This document shows, piece by piece, positions 38,798 to 52,120 of a stretch of 64,000 bases of DNA (its first letter is position 1; each line of letters opens with the position of its first letter). The notes below the pieces were generated by a model that was given only the letters and a program-made list of their open reading frames with translations, ran no database searches and was not told the DNA's origin. Source of the DNA: Phyllosticta citribraziliensis (Eukaryota). A program made the position numbers and the translations under genes. The stretch spans positions 1,178,001 to 1,242,000 of the forward strand of contig NW_027117347.1 of NCBI RefSeq assembly GCF_038025025.1, given 5' to 3'.

Positions 38798-41700
38798 ATT
38801 GACAAAAGCAGCGACGATCTTCGAAGGAAAGACTTGGGCGAAATGAAGATGGCGAAGAGAATAAACTCTTCAATACACAGATTCTTATACATCAAGTATG
38901 TAGCTATAGTCACCACCCCAATCTCCTCGGCTTGCACTACTCCACTCTAAACCAAGACTAGGAGACAGACTGAATGGGCTGTAACGTTACCAGGGAGCAG
39001 GAACCTGAAGCAACAGCGGCTACATCAGCCACTCACAGCACAGACGGAGCAGGCGGATCTCTGCACTCGCGACCAAACAGGCAAGCGTCAATAGACCTGT
39101 GAAAGCGCGCATATACCTGAAATGGCCTTGGCCGGTTCCCCCATGTCGATGTGACTTGTACAGTAAGCAGGCCACATGCGGAGCTCACCAGGCACGCGAG
39201 GTCGACGATCGACATATTTTCGGCAGCAGGGAGCATCGATCAGTCGGGAATAGGTACTGCTGTACCTGAGGCAGTAGAGCCGCCAAGCCTATCAACACTA
39301 GTTCCCCAGCAAAATCCGACCAGTCAGAACCACGAAGTTCCAGCTAATTCGTCTTCTAGAAACGTCACAGCGACTGGATTACATACAGCTAGTCGAAGCA
39401 TCATCCAGGAACACCATTCAGAATGTTCAATGATTGTCGACTGTCACTGAATCTTTTCCTCTTATGCCTTGCGGGCAACGCCGCAACACGATGTGGGCAA
39501 CACAGGAAGAACAATAAATTATGCGATCCTACTGCAACGAATGATCAAAGAAGGCCAAGACGACACCAGAATGATGACTTTGAGCGCAAGTGCCTCTGTT
39601 TCTGGCACTTGCTGCGGGCGCCATCCCGTTGCGGCGCCACACCTTTGTTGACTCATCCCTGTCAGTATTATTAGCCTGAATCCCAGGCAAGCTGTGCTGG
39701 CACCAGAAGAATCTCGATATTTGAAAGGTCGACAAACCACAGTGGTGCAACGGTCTCTCAGATTGCGCGAAAATGGTGCGAATGCCACCAGTTCGTGGGA
39801 ATTATGCTGAATGGCATTTTTCTCGATCTAATCAGCTCGGCTAGCCTGTCCTGCGAATTTTCCAGACGCAACCTTTACTATGACACGCCATTCTTCTCCC
39901 GCGTCTGCAGCCGCCCATCCCTACTTCGCTCCCGTTCCGTCTCCCCTGATCCGGGCAAGTGGAAACGGTCAAGCCATCCCGCGCGCCCCTCCCATTCCAA
40001 CGAAATCGCAATACGGAGCCAACCGTTTGACTTGGGGTGTTGGAGAAGAGCAGTGAGTGCAACATCGAATCCTCTCACTGGATGGCCTTGTGTGATGCCA
40101 ATGTTCATCTGTCACTCATCACTGGTGACGGCATGCCGTCGCCCACAGTAGCGCCCAGGGCCAGCCGAAACTAGCGGGAATGAAATGGATTCGGCAGCCG
40201 CTGCTTGGCTTGTTCGGCACTTGGTGCCAGTCATAGTCTCAAGTCGCTGTTGTTCCTGTGCCGCCCGCCCGTACGGCACCTAATGGGTCCCTCCTCCTTG
40301 CGCGGCCTAATTAAGCAACACCGAGATATGGAGGAGTTGCTTAGCGTCGTGACAGCAGTGTTACGTCCTCTCTGCGCCCTGTCTACCAAGCGGCATGTAC
40401 CGCTCGAGGTCTTGCCTAACTTCTTGGCTCTCGCTCAGCTATTCGTCCGCTTACGCTCCCGAAGCGGTTTCTTGCCGTTCGGCACCGTCATTCGCGCGGA
40501 CGCCGTGCTGTCTGCTCTGCGCTACCGAGAACTTCATCTCCAAACATCGCGGCTCTTCGACATCGACAAGACAACTCAGCAGTGAGGTCGGCTCGCCGAA
40601 GCCATCGAATATCCAGGCAAAAGCTGGTGTGTTGGAGACCGGTGGGCGGGACCCCGTCAACGTCGATTTCTTGGTAGTCTTCCTTTCTCGCATATGATCG
40701 TCACAGTTGTCTTGCGCAAAGCTTAAAAAATTACTCATCCAGGAGTACTGTGTAGTAAACTGCGACACCGCGCAAAGGGGCTGAGCATCCCGGTCTCTCA
40801 GACATGCATCGTTCGGCGAAGCCGATCGTCGACGTTGGTGGTTGACTGCTCAACGCTGGTGCAGCCACGGTAGGCGTAAATGTGAAGTGGCAAACGTCAA
40901 CATCCAATACGACCTGCGAATTACGCGTCCCTATCCCCTTCGTCTTCTCTTCCTATTCGTGTCTGCCCCAAAATTTCCCAAATTCTTCTACGGAGCGAGC
41001 AAATCGGCACTTCGCCGACCGACAGACTTGCTCTCCACACCAACGCATTTCTCGCCGCGCCACCAACCGCCAACCGCCAACCGCCGCAGCAAATAAGCTT
41101 AACCCACCAAGCTCGCGCCCGTGCGCCCCCAAACTCTCTTTTTTCCATTCGCTGGCCCGCCTGCTGGCCGCCTACATACTATACCTACAGTACTCACCTC
41201 CTGTTTTTGCGGCTGCCGCCGCCACACGTTTCCGCAGGCGGAGAGGAGGGCTGTCGTGGGCGGAGGAGGCGTAGCAGGGCGGCCTCTTGGCTGCCTCAGC
41301 CAGAAAACCCCGCGAGTACTCTATGCAGGGCACGCGTAATATGCGCGGCGAAAGCTTCGAGGCTGCCTGACGTCGGCAATTGTTGGTGCAGAGTGCCGTG
41401 ATCTTGGCTGGCGCGTGGGCTGGTTGTGGGGCCGGCACATGTGGTTGATGTGATGACCTTGCAGTTGCGTTGCCTGTAATCTGTGTGCGCTTTGGAGACT
41501 TGAGGGGCATCGATTGCTGCTGCGGTTGGTCTTGTGGGTCAAGTCGTTTTGGTCTGTTCATGCGCTTGCAGTTTTCCTCTGTCCATGATCTTCGTTTGTC
41601 CTCATGTTGTCATCGTCCTACGTCGTCGGGTTTGCATCTACCACAAGTCGTTGCTTGCGATGCTGGATCGTCGACCATCACATCATTGAAATCCCTCTTT

Positions 41701-42468
41701 TGCAACACAGCCAAGGCTCTTAGGTGACGATTGGGCGATTTGGAGTGAATGAGAAGCCATGAGTTGGCGCGAACTTCTCCTGCAGGATCTGAGATGGCGA
41801 TGCTCTGGCGACCGAAGCAAACACTTCGCCAACGCCGCACCAAACGGACCACTTGGCTCTGGTCGTTCTTGCCACCTCTATGGGCTCTGGAGTAGGTTTG
41901 TCGTCGCCGATTTAGTCCCGTCCTATTGGCTCATCTTGTGAACATGGTCGTGGAGGTAGAGCTGGTAGCCGGGCACATTCGGAAGCAGCGAGGACTCACT
42001 GAGTGCCATCGAACGCCAAACGGCCAGCACTTCGCGCCAATTCTCTTTCATTGCTCTGCCCAGAAACCTTTGTTCCGCAACGGAATTTTTGGGGGCGGAC
42101 ACCGTGGTGGGAAAATTCGAGGTGGGTCGGTGCGGCCAAGGCTTGCGACACAGATGTACTTTCTGTGCAAATGCGCAAAAAAGAAAGATTGGAGGCTCGG
42201 CAGCCAGAAGTCGAGAGCTTTTCCAACCCCTCATAATGACTAGTCGACGCCAGCAGGACCGACAACGCAGGATGGAGGATTGCCGAAACTCTGGAAGAGG
42301 CGAGTGGTGGCGTACTAAGAGAGCTTTCTCCTGTATACTGAGGCTGGCAACACGCTACTTTTCACCCTCGGGCTTCACTCCACTGACACCACATTATCCA
42401 GGAGAATGCTTCAATTCTGATCGCGTTCCTCCAGTCGCAGCAACGTGTGCGGCTGGCGCTCACCCAAC

Positions 42469-42837
42469 TCACTTTTGCTCAGACTCGTCCTCGACCTCCT
42501 GATCACCACCATTCTGCATGCCCGCGCTCGTGTCCCTACCGCCACCACGACCGCCACCGTCATCACCTCCGCGTCCATCATCAAACGCACCGCGAGGCGC
42601 AGCCGCAGCAAAGTGCACGCAGCTGCTCCTCGCTGCCTGCCGGCTGCGCGACAGCAGATCGACACCGCCGCCAATGACGACCTCGCAGTTGGGGTAGTCG
42701 GCGCAGTAGGTCCAGGACAGGTCGATGACGTCGTCAACGGTGCAGTTGAGGCGGGTGAGGGCTGATTGGCAAAGCTCGATGTCTGGCGAGCGCAGGAAAC
42801 AGCCGCAGAGGAAGAGCGTTTTGTGCGTTTTGCACAT
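42469..42837 (-). CDS. Small Cys-rich protein (MC-x8-CGC type) with Gly/acidic tail
   Basis: AAAATG start at 42837; TATA-like TATATA ~42968; Cys pattern shared with 43969-44184. Confidence 0.55.
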   Translation of the reverse strand: MCKTHKTLFLCGCFLRSPDIELCQSALTRLNCTVDDVIDLSWTYCADYPNCEVVIGGGVDLLSRSRQAARSSCVHFAAAAPRGAFDDGRGGDDGGGRGGGRDTSAGMQNGGDQEVEDESEQK

Positions 42838-43968
42838 TTTGAGTTGATAGTTGGTTTTGAGGGGTTGTGGGTGCCACTGAGGCTTGGAAGTGAGGCTGTC
42901 GAACCGGGGATATGCACTTGACCGTTGTAAAGCGGATTGTAGTTGGAAGAGTGAATTCTGAAAGTGGTATATAAGAGAGAACTCACTCATCTGCGAAGCT
43001 TTTATACACTGGTCATATGCGCTATCCAGTTGGTCTGTACAACAACCTATCCTTTTGAGCATCGTCAACAAGAACAACATTTGTTCTTCAAAACAGCAGT
43101 CGCAGACGTGGTGCCAGCTGGGGCCATTCGCAAGATAGTCAAAAGTCCACACGTTCCTGATGAACCGAGCATTTGTTCAAAGGAACTCGTGAAATACTTG
43201 CAAAGAGGCTCAGTTCCCTGGCAGGCGGGCCGTTGTTTGCTGTCTTGGCCGGTGTATGCTGTTCACCACGTGGAGCCAGTAGCCGTGATGGAGCGTTGGA
43301 TGCAGTCAGTGGAGCTGGACCTTGGACCCACTGAGGTGCTGGCTCCTGGAGGATCATCATCGCTGCTGGCAAGGTAGGAAGCATTCATCAGCTTGGTAGT
43401 AGGCCCGAACATGACAGCGGCTATGAGCCAGCGGGAGTCGTTGCGGACTCTCATTTGCTAGGTTTTTGAAAGTGGCGAATTGAGGGTCAGTGAGTTAGTC
43501 ATTCAGAGAGAGCTGCATCAGTCTCTGCAAAGAAAGATACGTTTGGAGTCCTGCAGAGATGCGGCAGAAGGTTTGGTAGTCAAGATAAACGGCAGCTTAG
43601 ACCACGGACTTGTGGCTGACACGGGCGGGAGGCGTCCGCTGCACGTTGCCTAGGTGTCGCGCTGGTGGAGGACATGGTCAGCCTTGCTGAGTTTGTTTGT
43701 GCCTAAAATAGACCCAGTTTCAGAGGTCCAGCTGCAACAACTTCTTTCTCTGAAAACAGACTTTCTCTTCGGAGTCCTCGAGTGGTCATTGATGATTGTC
43801 CTGGAGATGGCATCTTGCGCCTGCTGAGGCTCTTTGTTGCTGGTCGTTTTCGCCAGACGGACTGGATTCTTCTGATTTAAACTTTGGCTTGATCAACCTC
43901 CTTTCGCTCCCGAAAAACGACGTCGTCGCGCATCTTTCCAACCTCAGGCCCATACGAAATCGTTTGCC

Positions 43969-44184
43969 ATGTGCAGTACCGAGCTCTTCAGCTTCGCCTG
44001 CGGCCACGCGTATTACGGCAAAGAGCGGCAGGTTTGCCAGCAGGCCGACGATGGGAGTCCATGCCATACGAAGGTAAAGCACATTAGGAGCGAGGAGAAA
44101 TGCCAGACTTGCAGAGTCGGCGGCAGTGGATCCAATGTCTTTTTGCGACTTTTGGACATCAGGCCAAGGTCTGCCAGCACGTAA
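43969..44184 (+). CDS. Small Cys-rich protein (MC-x8-CGH..CxxC type)
   Basis: GCCATG start; 71 aa; Cys positions 2/11/23/32/45 identical to the divergent neighbour. Confidence 0.55.
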   Translation: MCSTELFSFACGHAYYGKERQVCQQADDGSPCHTKVKHIRSEEKCQTCRVGGSGSNVFLRLLDIRPRSAST

Positions 44185-44622
44185 GAACCTGCGATCTGAG
44201 ATAAAGGAGCGAGCGGGACTCATGTCGGGTGCAGGCCTTCCAGCGTTGCGCCGAGCTTCTTTTGATTGTCCATCGAGTGGGTAAGTGAGTTCATTCTGGG
44301 CCATGTTTTGACGGTTGTGTTGACTTGGTGTTGGTAGAAAGACGCTGGTCGTCAATTCACTTCGTATTTGCTACGCCACGACACGGACAAGACGAACCAA
44401 GACAGCTTGGTATGCGGATGACCCGGTGGCGTTTGTTGGTGCTGAAGGCGAATTGTTGACAAGAAAACACAGGGCTCGTTAGGAAGACCGAAGCGTGGTT
44501 TGTTATGGTGGCTCTCCCTCAGGTCTCACCATGACGTGCCTGGGGAACATCGGGCCGAAGTCGCTCACGCAGATCCCGACTTTTGACGGCTGACTCAATT
44601 ATTTCCCTCGACCACACCTCGA

Positions 44623-46233
44623 ATGCCCAACCCTCCAGATGTCTTCCGCCACTCCACCACCACCATTTACCGCTCCCTTCGTCCTCCTCGCAGCTTGCTG
44701 CATCCGCGCGTTCCGGCCGCTCCCGCAATCCTCCATCGCAACGCCATGACATCCACTCCAACGCAGTCGCAAGACCAACCATCCGCCACCATGTCAAAAC
44801 CGCTAGAAACGACAATCTTGCCCGTTGACGCTTCCAAGCTGGGCACGATCACGCTCTCACGAGCCAAACCAGATGCTCTCCTTGACGATTGGCACGTCGA
44901 ATGGGCCGACTCGGGGTCTTCCGTCGCAAACCTCCGCCACGCCGCTTCTGAATTGCGAAAAGGAACACATCCTGTAGCATTCCCCACCGAAACTGTCTAT
45001 GGCCTCGGAGCAGACGCGACGCGCAGCTCTGCCGTTCGGGGCATCTATGCCGCCAAACAGCGCCCAGCAGACAACCCGCTCATTGTCCACGTCTCGTCGT
45101 TGGACCAGCTGCGCTCACTGCTGCGCTCTCCGAACGACTCCTCTTCTGTGGACCCCATACCAGCCATATATCATTCGCTGATCCAGCGCTTCTGGCCGGG
45201 CCCCCTCACAATGATTATGCCCCTGCCGTCGCCGTCACCGCTCGCGCCCGAAGTCACCGCGCAATTATCCACGTTTGGCGCGCGCATGCCACGCTCGCTG
45301 ATAGCTCTGCTTCTGATCCATCTAGCCGATCGCCCAATCGCCGCGCCCTCTGCGAATGCGAGCACGAAGCCCAGTCCCACTGCCGCTGAACACGTTGCAT
45401 ACGACCTCAACGGGCGCATAACGACGATCCTTGACGGAGGGCCGTGTGATGTTGGGGTTGAGAGTACCGTGGTGGACGGCATCAGTGGAGACACGCCCGT
45501 GATACTCCGACCGGGAGGCGTGAGCATCGACGAACTGCGTACGTGTCCAGGCTGGGAGCGGGTCGGCGTGGCGTACAAGGACAAGGCAGAGATGGGATCA
45601 GAGTCCGAGTCAAAATCAGGTGCGGGTGAAAAGGAAGCCCGCGTCGCGCCGCGAGCACCGGGCATGAAATACAGACACTACTCGCCGCGGGCGCGGGTCA
45701 TGCTTTTCGAGGCTGGGGGAGGCGTGCCAGGCCAAGACATTGTCCAAGGACAACGCAGAATCGGCCTCATCAGGACGAAGCACTGGCCACGCGGCTGCGG
45801 ATTCAACGTACAGCCAGCCACCGCCGGCGCTCCAAACGGCACGGAAGACGAAGGCCAGCAACAGCAGGACGCTGCTCTGCCGCAGACAACCCTGGCAAAC
45901 GGCACCACAGCGGACACGCACCGCGGCTTCTCCAACCTCCTCGACACCTTCACTGTGCGGCCTGTCCCCGTCCCGCATCTCCTCGTCCTTGCCTCCTCAC
46001 CCCCCTCTGAGCAGCCGTCGGACCTAGAGCTGTGGGAGGTCGATCTCGGCAGCGACACGCGGGCGATTGCGCGGGGCCTCTTCTCGGCGCTGCGGGAGTT
46101 GGACCGCAAGGACGTTGACGTCATTCTTGTCGAGGGGATTGACGAGCGCGAGGGCGATGTCGCGGCGGCGGTCATGAATCGCCTGCGCAAGGCGGCGGAG
46201 GTCGAGGTCAAAGGGTCGCAGCAACTGTCCTAA
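44623..46233 (+). CDS. SUA5: Threonylcarbamoyl-AMP synthase Sua5
   Basis: VAFPTETVYGLGADA, KQRPADNPLIVH, FWPGPLT, IAAPSAN.STKPSPT, GVESTVVD, APGMKYRHYSP, AVMNRLRKAA; in-frame ATGs at 44623, 44746, 44791. Confidence 0.95.
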   Translation: MPNPPDVFRHSTTTIYRSLRPPRSLLHPRVPAAPAILHRNAMTSTPTQSQDQPSATMSKPLETTILPVDASKLGTITLSRAKPDALLDDWHVEWADSGSSVANLRHAASELRKGTHPVAFPTETVYGLGADATRSSAVRGIYAAKQRPADNPLIVHVSSLDQLRSLLRSPNDSSSVDPIPAIYHSLIQRFWPGPLTMIMPLPSPSPLAPEVTAQLSTFGARMPRSLIALLLIHLADRPIAAPSANASTKPSPTAAEHVAYDLNGRITTILDGGPCDVGVESTVVDGISGDTPVILRPGGVSIDELRTCPGWERVGVAYKDKAEMGSESESKSGAGEKEARVAPRAPGMKYRHYSPRARVMLFEAGGGVPGQDIVQGQRRIGLIRTKHWPRGCGFNVQPATAGAPNGTEDEGQQQQDAALPQTTLANGTTADTHRGFSNLLDTFTVRPVPVPHLLVLASSPPSEQPSDLELWEVDLGSDTRAIARGLFSALRELDRKDVDVILVEGIDEREGDVAAAVMNRLRKAAEVEVKGSQQLS

Positions 46234-47529
46234 GCTCAAAGATATGAACGAGAACAGGGTGCGTGGGCAGGGGAAATTAGCAAGGGGAGAATAGTGAAAG
46301 CCCTTTGGAAGAGTTTTGGGATTTGGAGTTCGATAGACCTTGGTTTTCTGAAGCGAAACAGCGAAAGGCAAAAAGAGAGGGGGGCCAATCTATAGACGAT
46401 GGAGAGCATAAAACGACTCAATGAACATTATGATACTTCACTTGAAGCCTGGAGGCAAGGGAAGACTCATCACCAATGGAAAGCGTTGCATTACGTCTAA
46501 CGGCAGAGAAACCCAGCCCCTACCAGCCCCAATAGACAAAGAATAACACGCCCAGCCCTGCTTCTCTGAAACAGGTACACCTCGAGATTATCTCACGACT
46601 GGCCTCACGCATCATTTCTCCGTCACATATCTAGCCATAACCACAGCTAAGACAGTCACTTCATACCTATCTACTCAACAACACGGCAAGCAAAAGCACG
46701 ACCAGCGACAGCAAACAGACACGAGGACAGCAGACGCAAAGAGGTGGAAAAATAGAGAGTCTTTCTATCGCCCAGCCAGCCAGCCAAAAAATTTCTCAAT
46801 CTCTACCCAACGAAGCAAACAAACAAACAGACCCAGAGCGCCAACAAAGCATGCATACGCCGATGCGCCTGCCTTCGTCCGCAAAACACAACACAACACG
46901 ATACACCAAACGCAGCAAGGTCAGACCAACACGGCCGCGACAAGAGCAGGAGTGTGAGATCTGATCGCGATGATGCATGATAGCGATGATTAAGACGATG
47001 AGTGGTGTCTCTAGAGCAGATGGAGTGAACGCCCGTCAATCTGCTGAACTGAACTGAACTGAACTGGAAAAGTAGGTAGAGTAGAGTAAAGCGTGAATGG
47101 GCACGAACAGGAGAAACTTGGTAAAGAGAGTGAAACGACGAACTCCCGATGCGTGACAAGTTTGACGTGACCAAAAGCGATGAAGAAAGAACCGTTGCAA
47201 CCTCAACTCGTCCAAAACGTGCGTGCGTGCGTGCGTCACTCGTTGATTCACACTGTGTGATCATGACCGTCTGTCCGCCTTGCTGACGGATCGACCGACC
47301 ATCGACCAAGCAACCCCAACACCTAAAAAGACAGAAAGACATGGAGAGAATAAAAGGAGACAGAGGAAAGAGAGACCAGAAAGCAGCAGGATATTATGGG
47401 ACGCCTTGGCCATACCAACAACCACCAGCGACCAGGAGCCAAGCGCCGAGAGCAAAGAAGAAGAAAGAGGAGAAGGGAGTGGAGAGAATTGAAGAAAAAG
47501 GGTACCACCGCTACAAACCGCTCACTAGG

Positions 47530-50500
47530 CTAGCCCTGCTTCGTCGCGCCACGCATCTGATCCGCACTCGCTTTCTCCTTGAGCGCGCCCGAGGCACGAC
47601 CACTAGAGCCCTCACCACTGGCTACACGCCTCTCTACCTCCTGCTGCTCCACCAACTGTTCCCACTTCTTCGCCATCGCCGCATCCGTCGGGGCCTCTTT
47701 GCCGGCGCCCGATGGATCAAGCGCCAACTCGCCCGCCAGCTTGCGCAGCTCAGGGTCGCTGTCGTCCTCGACAAACGTCCACTCCTCTTCAGCTTCATCG
47801 GCCGAGTCGTTATGGTGGTCGTTGTTTTGGTCCGACGACGCTGCGCCGCTCTTATCGCGGGGCGCGCGGCGCTTGATGAGCGACTTTGCGTACTCGAGGT
47901 CGCGGTAGATGGTCTTGATGGCCGTGCCGACGCCGTCTTCTTTGCGGATCTGCTCGCCCAGCACGCGCGCCTTGTTGATCATGCGCTCGTCGCGCGTCGC
48001 CCGCCAGAGCGCTCGCGAAAGCACCGACGTGTTGAGCTTCTTAATGTACATGCCCACGCGTAGGTCCTCGACACGCGATGCGAAGAAGAACTGGTCGCCG
48101 AAAAAGGGCTTGATGATGGTTGGGATGCCCGCGCGCAGCGACGCTCCCGTGGTTCCCGCTCCACCATGGTGCGCGGCAGCATCTATTTGGCGGAAGAGCC
48201 AGTCATGCGGTGCTGCTGAGATTTGGTGGATTTCCGGCGGAAGGGGGACTTCGGGTTGGGTCGTGGCCGTCTTGTTGTCGAGTCGGTCTGACCAGCCCTT
48301 GGAAAGAATGCAGCGCACGTCCGCTTTCATGACGGCATCGATGACAGATTTGGTCATGGCCTTGGGATCTTCAACAACGATGGAACCGAAGCCGATGTAG
48401 ACGAGCTTTTTGCCGTCTTCACGCGCCTTGTCGATGAAGTCGGTAAGCGGCTTTGGTGGAATCCAGCCTGACGACTCGTCAAGAAACCAATAGCCTGTGA
48501 CGCGGATCCAATCGCTGTAGTCGAGAGGTGGTACTACGACCGAGGGAGAAAAGTTGTACATGAATGGAATCTTGTTGAGCTGCAGGCGTTTCAGCGTGGT
48601 CGCCGGAAGCCCAAGTTTCTTCTTCCTCCATCCGTTGATCTGCCAAGACGTCGCCTTCCAAAAGACTTCTTCGAAAAGCACGTAGGTCAAAAAGTTGTAC
48701 GTGCCTCCCATCTTATGGTCACGAACGGCAAAGGCGTGTGGGTAGGCGCGGGTGCGTGTCCAGGGCATCGTGAAGGCGCGGAAGTAGGGTATCTCGAGTG
48801 CCTCGGCAATGTGGACTCCAGCCATTGTGCTTGGACTCTCGATAAGGACATCTGTGCCTTGGCAGCCTTCCCATGCAGTCTCCAAGAGTGAGCTTAGCCA
48901 TCCTCGGAACATGAAGTGTGCTTTTGTTAGAAAAGTTGGCGTGAACATGCCCGTCTCGACGCACAACCTCATCAACTCCGCGGGGTTTCCGGCAACAGGC
49001 GCAAAGTCGATGCCATGAGAGCGAACCCAGCCCTCAAACTCGCCGTGCGTTACGATCCTTGGCTTATGTCCCTCGGCGAGCAAGCCCTTGCAGAGAGCAA
49101 TGTACGGCTGCACATCACCCCGAGATCCAATCGTGAGGCAGGTAATTCGGAGTGGCTCCGGAGGCTTGAAGTCGAGAATCGATGCATGCGGATCGTCGAA
49201 AATTACTGGTGCTTGAACGCTCGTGTCAGTAGCAGCGTTCAGGGTACGTTCTGTAACTATATATGTAGTACCTAGCTCATCAATGTGCTGTGGGACGGTC
49301 GGTTGCTTGTCCGTGGGTATGTCCTTGCGAGCTTGCTGGAGAAGTTCATGTTCGGCCTTGGCTGCCTCGGCTTGCAACAGGTTGTCTTCGCTGAGAGTTC
49401 CTGACGTTTGTAGATATTTGGCTTGCTCGAGCATTCGGTGTAAAGTGACAGCGCAATCGTCGCGCACATCTCCTTGAGAAAAGTCGAAGAAAACTTCTTC
49501 GTGTCCACGGACGACTATCACCAAGCCGCGGTAGGTAAGGCGAAAGCTCTTTTCCTTGTTGACGTTTTCAATGTCTTTGATGGGGAGGACGAGCTGCAAA
49601 AATTGTTAGCTGAAACGAAACTGAGTGGACGAGCGGTGCTTACTTTAGTGCGAGTCCCAACCAACAGGCTGCGGAAGCAAAAGTACTTGTCGCTGAGGTA
49701 AATCTTGCCGTATTGAGGGAGGACTCTCCAGAGATGGCAGAAGAAGACGGCCCGCAACTTTTCCGTGTCCGGCAGAGCAAAGTGCTTCCTGAAGCGCTCG
49801 TTGTCCAAAATGGCGTCCTCGTCGTCAACAATCTCTCTCAAATTGTCGTCGGCAGATAAGCCTTCGTCTATGTAATGCTTCTTTCCGCCAGTCCACATTC
49901 CAGAAACCTTTTCGTAATATCCCATGGATTCGCTGGCCAGGATGTTCCCCATGTGCCTTGATCTCTTCTTGATGTAGCCAGCGAACCCAGAGGCTTTTTG
50001 AAAAGGATAAGTTCCGGCATTGACGATCCCTGACAATCCATAGCCCGAGGCAGACACTTGGAGCTTTTCGTCGTGTATCTGACTGTCGGTGGCCAGCTCT
50101 CTTGATTCCTGGACAGGGGTCCGGGTTCTCGCAGTGCTGGCGGTATGATCTGTGTGTGGCCGCAGCCGAGCTTCTTTGTCCGTGTTTGTAGATCGAGCAG
50201 TGTCTTGGGAGTTCTTGCCGTATTCCATGGATGCGTCGGAGAGTCTGCGCTGAGAGTAGTTGTGCTCGTTTTGATGGAATACGTCGCTTCGATTCAGGAT
50301 TTGACTTGCGGAAGTGTCGGTATCATTGAGAGACTGCACTGCCAGCGAAGATTCGGTCTCATTCTCGAGCGCATAAGATGCTGCGGAATCCCGGGGATTG
50401 GATGAAATGGGGGAGAGAGCCGGCTTATCAGCAGAACAACCCGCAGGTTTGTCCTGAGTTTTGGTGAATGCACGTCTTCCCCGTTCCAAGCTCGTGCGAA

Positions 50501-52120
50501 TTTGCTCAGAGCTCTTGCGTCTCTTTGTGTCAAAACTGGATCTTGAAGAGTCGCCGCTCGCGCGAGAATCAGGTGTTCGCTGCGGTTGGAAGAGCGTTGT
50601 CCGGACCGGGCTGCGAGATTTGCGAGATCGGGGTGTACCAGGCACCGAGGCGATCTTGTTATCCATCGAGGCAGAAGAGCGGTCCAGTTTTTGATCCGCC
50701 TCTTGCTTGCTGCCGCCCACCATGATTCTCATCACATTCATGGCCTCCTGGCCAAAGCCAAAAAATGAAAAGTAGTACTCGTCGATGGCGTACTCGTCAC
50801 AAACAGCCCTTATCTTGATTGTCTCGGCATCTTCCAGCACTCGATTCTCCTCAATGTCCATGACGCTAGCCAGAGGTATTGCAATCTTGACGCTGTCTCC
50901 GTCGTTGTGCGACTTGAAGATGACCTTTTGGAGGAGCTTCACCCATTCTTTGGCGCTAGTAGCACTGTCGGCACGGAATTCATAGGTCCTCTGGTTTGTT
51001 GTGACGGAAAACTCCACGGGTTCTTTGCCCTTGTCCTTGTGTTCGATGAGGCTGGCAGATATTGCATAACGCAAGTTGATGCGACCGCGCGGGAAATAGA
51101 GGTCAGACGCGTTGTTGTAGTATGCCAGAACATCGCCTTTGAGGATGAACCAGGAGCGGTTCCACATGGTACGGCCACGCTTTGCCAGATGCCCCGACTT
51201 TGTGACTTCGCTCTGTTGCTGTTAGCACTGACCACTTGGGGCATTGTGGTAGACATACAGTCTTTTTGGGGAGGTAGGCATAGAAGCATATGTGTTTCTG
51301 GGTAATGTACAGGTAGCCCTGCAGCAGCACCGTCTGCAGCAGCCAGCAGGGGAATTCTGAATTTGTTAGCACTCATTCACAGAACGAGGGGACTCGCTGT
51401 ACCTGAGATGACCTCTTCCCGCTCACTAAGCTGGAAAATCTCCATGAGCCTTTGGGCAAGCTCCTCCAGGCCCTTCTCGGGAGAAGAATCATCGTCGAAG
51501 CTGCTGTGGACTTTGCGCAAATCCGACCCGAGCGCAGAGGCCTCCAAGCCTGCTTTGGCCCTCATCTGCCGGCTCATGCTCTGTTCATCCTCCTCCTTAT
51601 TGGTCATCGGCAGATCACCCTTTGGTGGGCGCTCTGGGAGTATCTGCGAGGACGACATGGCATCGTCGGGTGCGGTGCTGCTGCGGTCTTTGGACGGTCT
51701 GAGGCGGAGCTTGGTAATGGGACGTAATATCTTGCTGTGGGAAAGGGCGGAACGGTGCTTGCGATGGGTGCTGTCGAGGGTCTGCGCCTTGGGGTCGCTG
51801 GCGCCATCGGTGACCAAGTCTCGCGGACGTTCACCGCTGCGCTTCATCCAGGGAATGTCTTCGTCCTCACTCTCGGAAACTTCGTCGTGGGTGAATCGCG
51901 ACTTGAGGTTTGCTATGGAGCCGGCCTTGGTGATAAGATCAAAGACAGAGCGGTGGGTGTAGCGCGGGTCGTTGCTCTTTGGGGCAGAGACATCTTCGTC
52001 CTCGTCGTCGCCATGTCGTAGTCGTTCGGGTATCTCGAAGGAAATACGGCGCGGCTCCTTTGGTTTACGGTTCGGCTTTCGACTGGAACCCTCCCCAACC
52101 ATGTATTCGGATGACGCCAT
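47530..52120 (-). CDS. ATG26: Sterol 3-beta-glucosyltransferase (GRAM-PH-GRAM-GT28), multi-exon
   Basis: [16 protein letters not shown] (GRAM), PH domain, [52 protein letters not shown]. Confidence 0.95.

Noticed and set aside
37475..38950. 491-aa Leu/Val-rich antisense ORF and other overlapping frames over the KEP gene
   Set aside because: Shadow of the repetitive GAG/CAG/CGC/GAC codon usage; starts at TTG with no independent gene signals
39000..42400. Many short ORFs in the gene-poor stretch upstream of the KEP
   Set aside because: No recognisable motifs, consistent splice structure or codon bias; degraded genes cannot be excluded
42990..43454. Fragmentary Cys-containing frames between the two Cys-rich ORFs
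   Set aside because: Interrupted by stops and lacking the shared Cys spacing; insufficient to call a pseudogene
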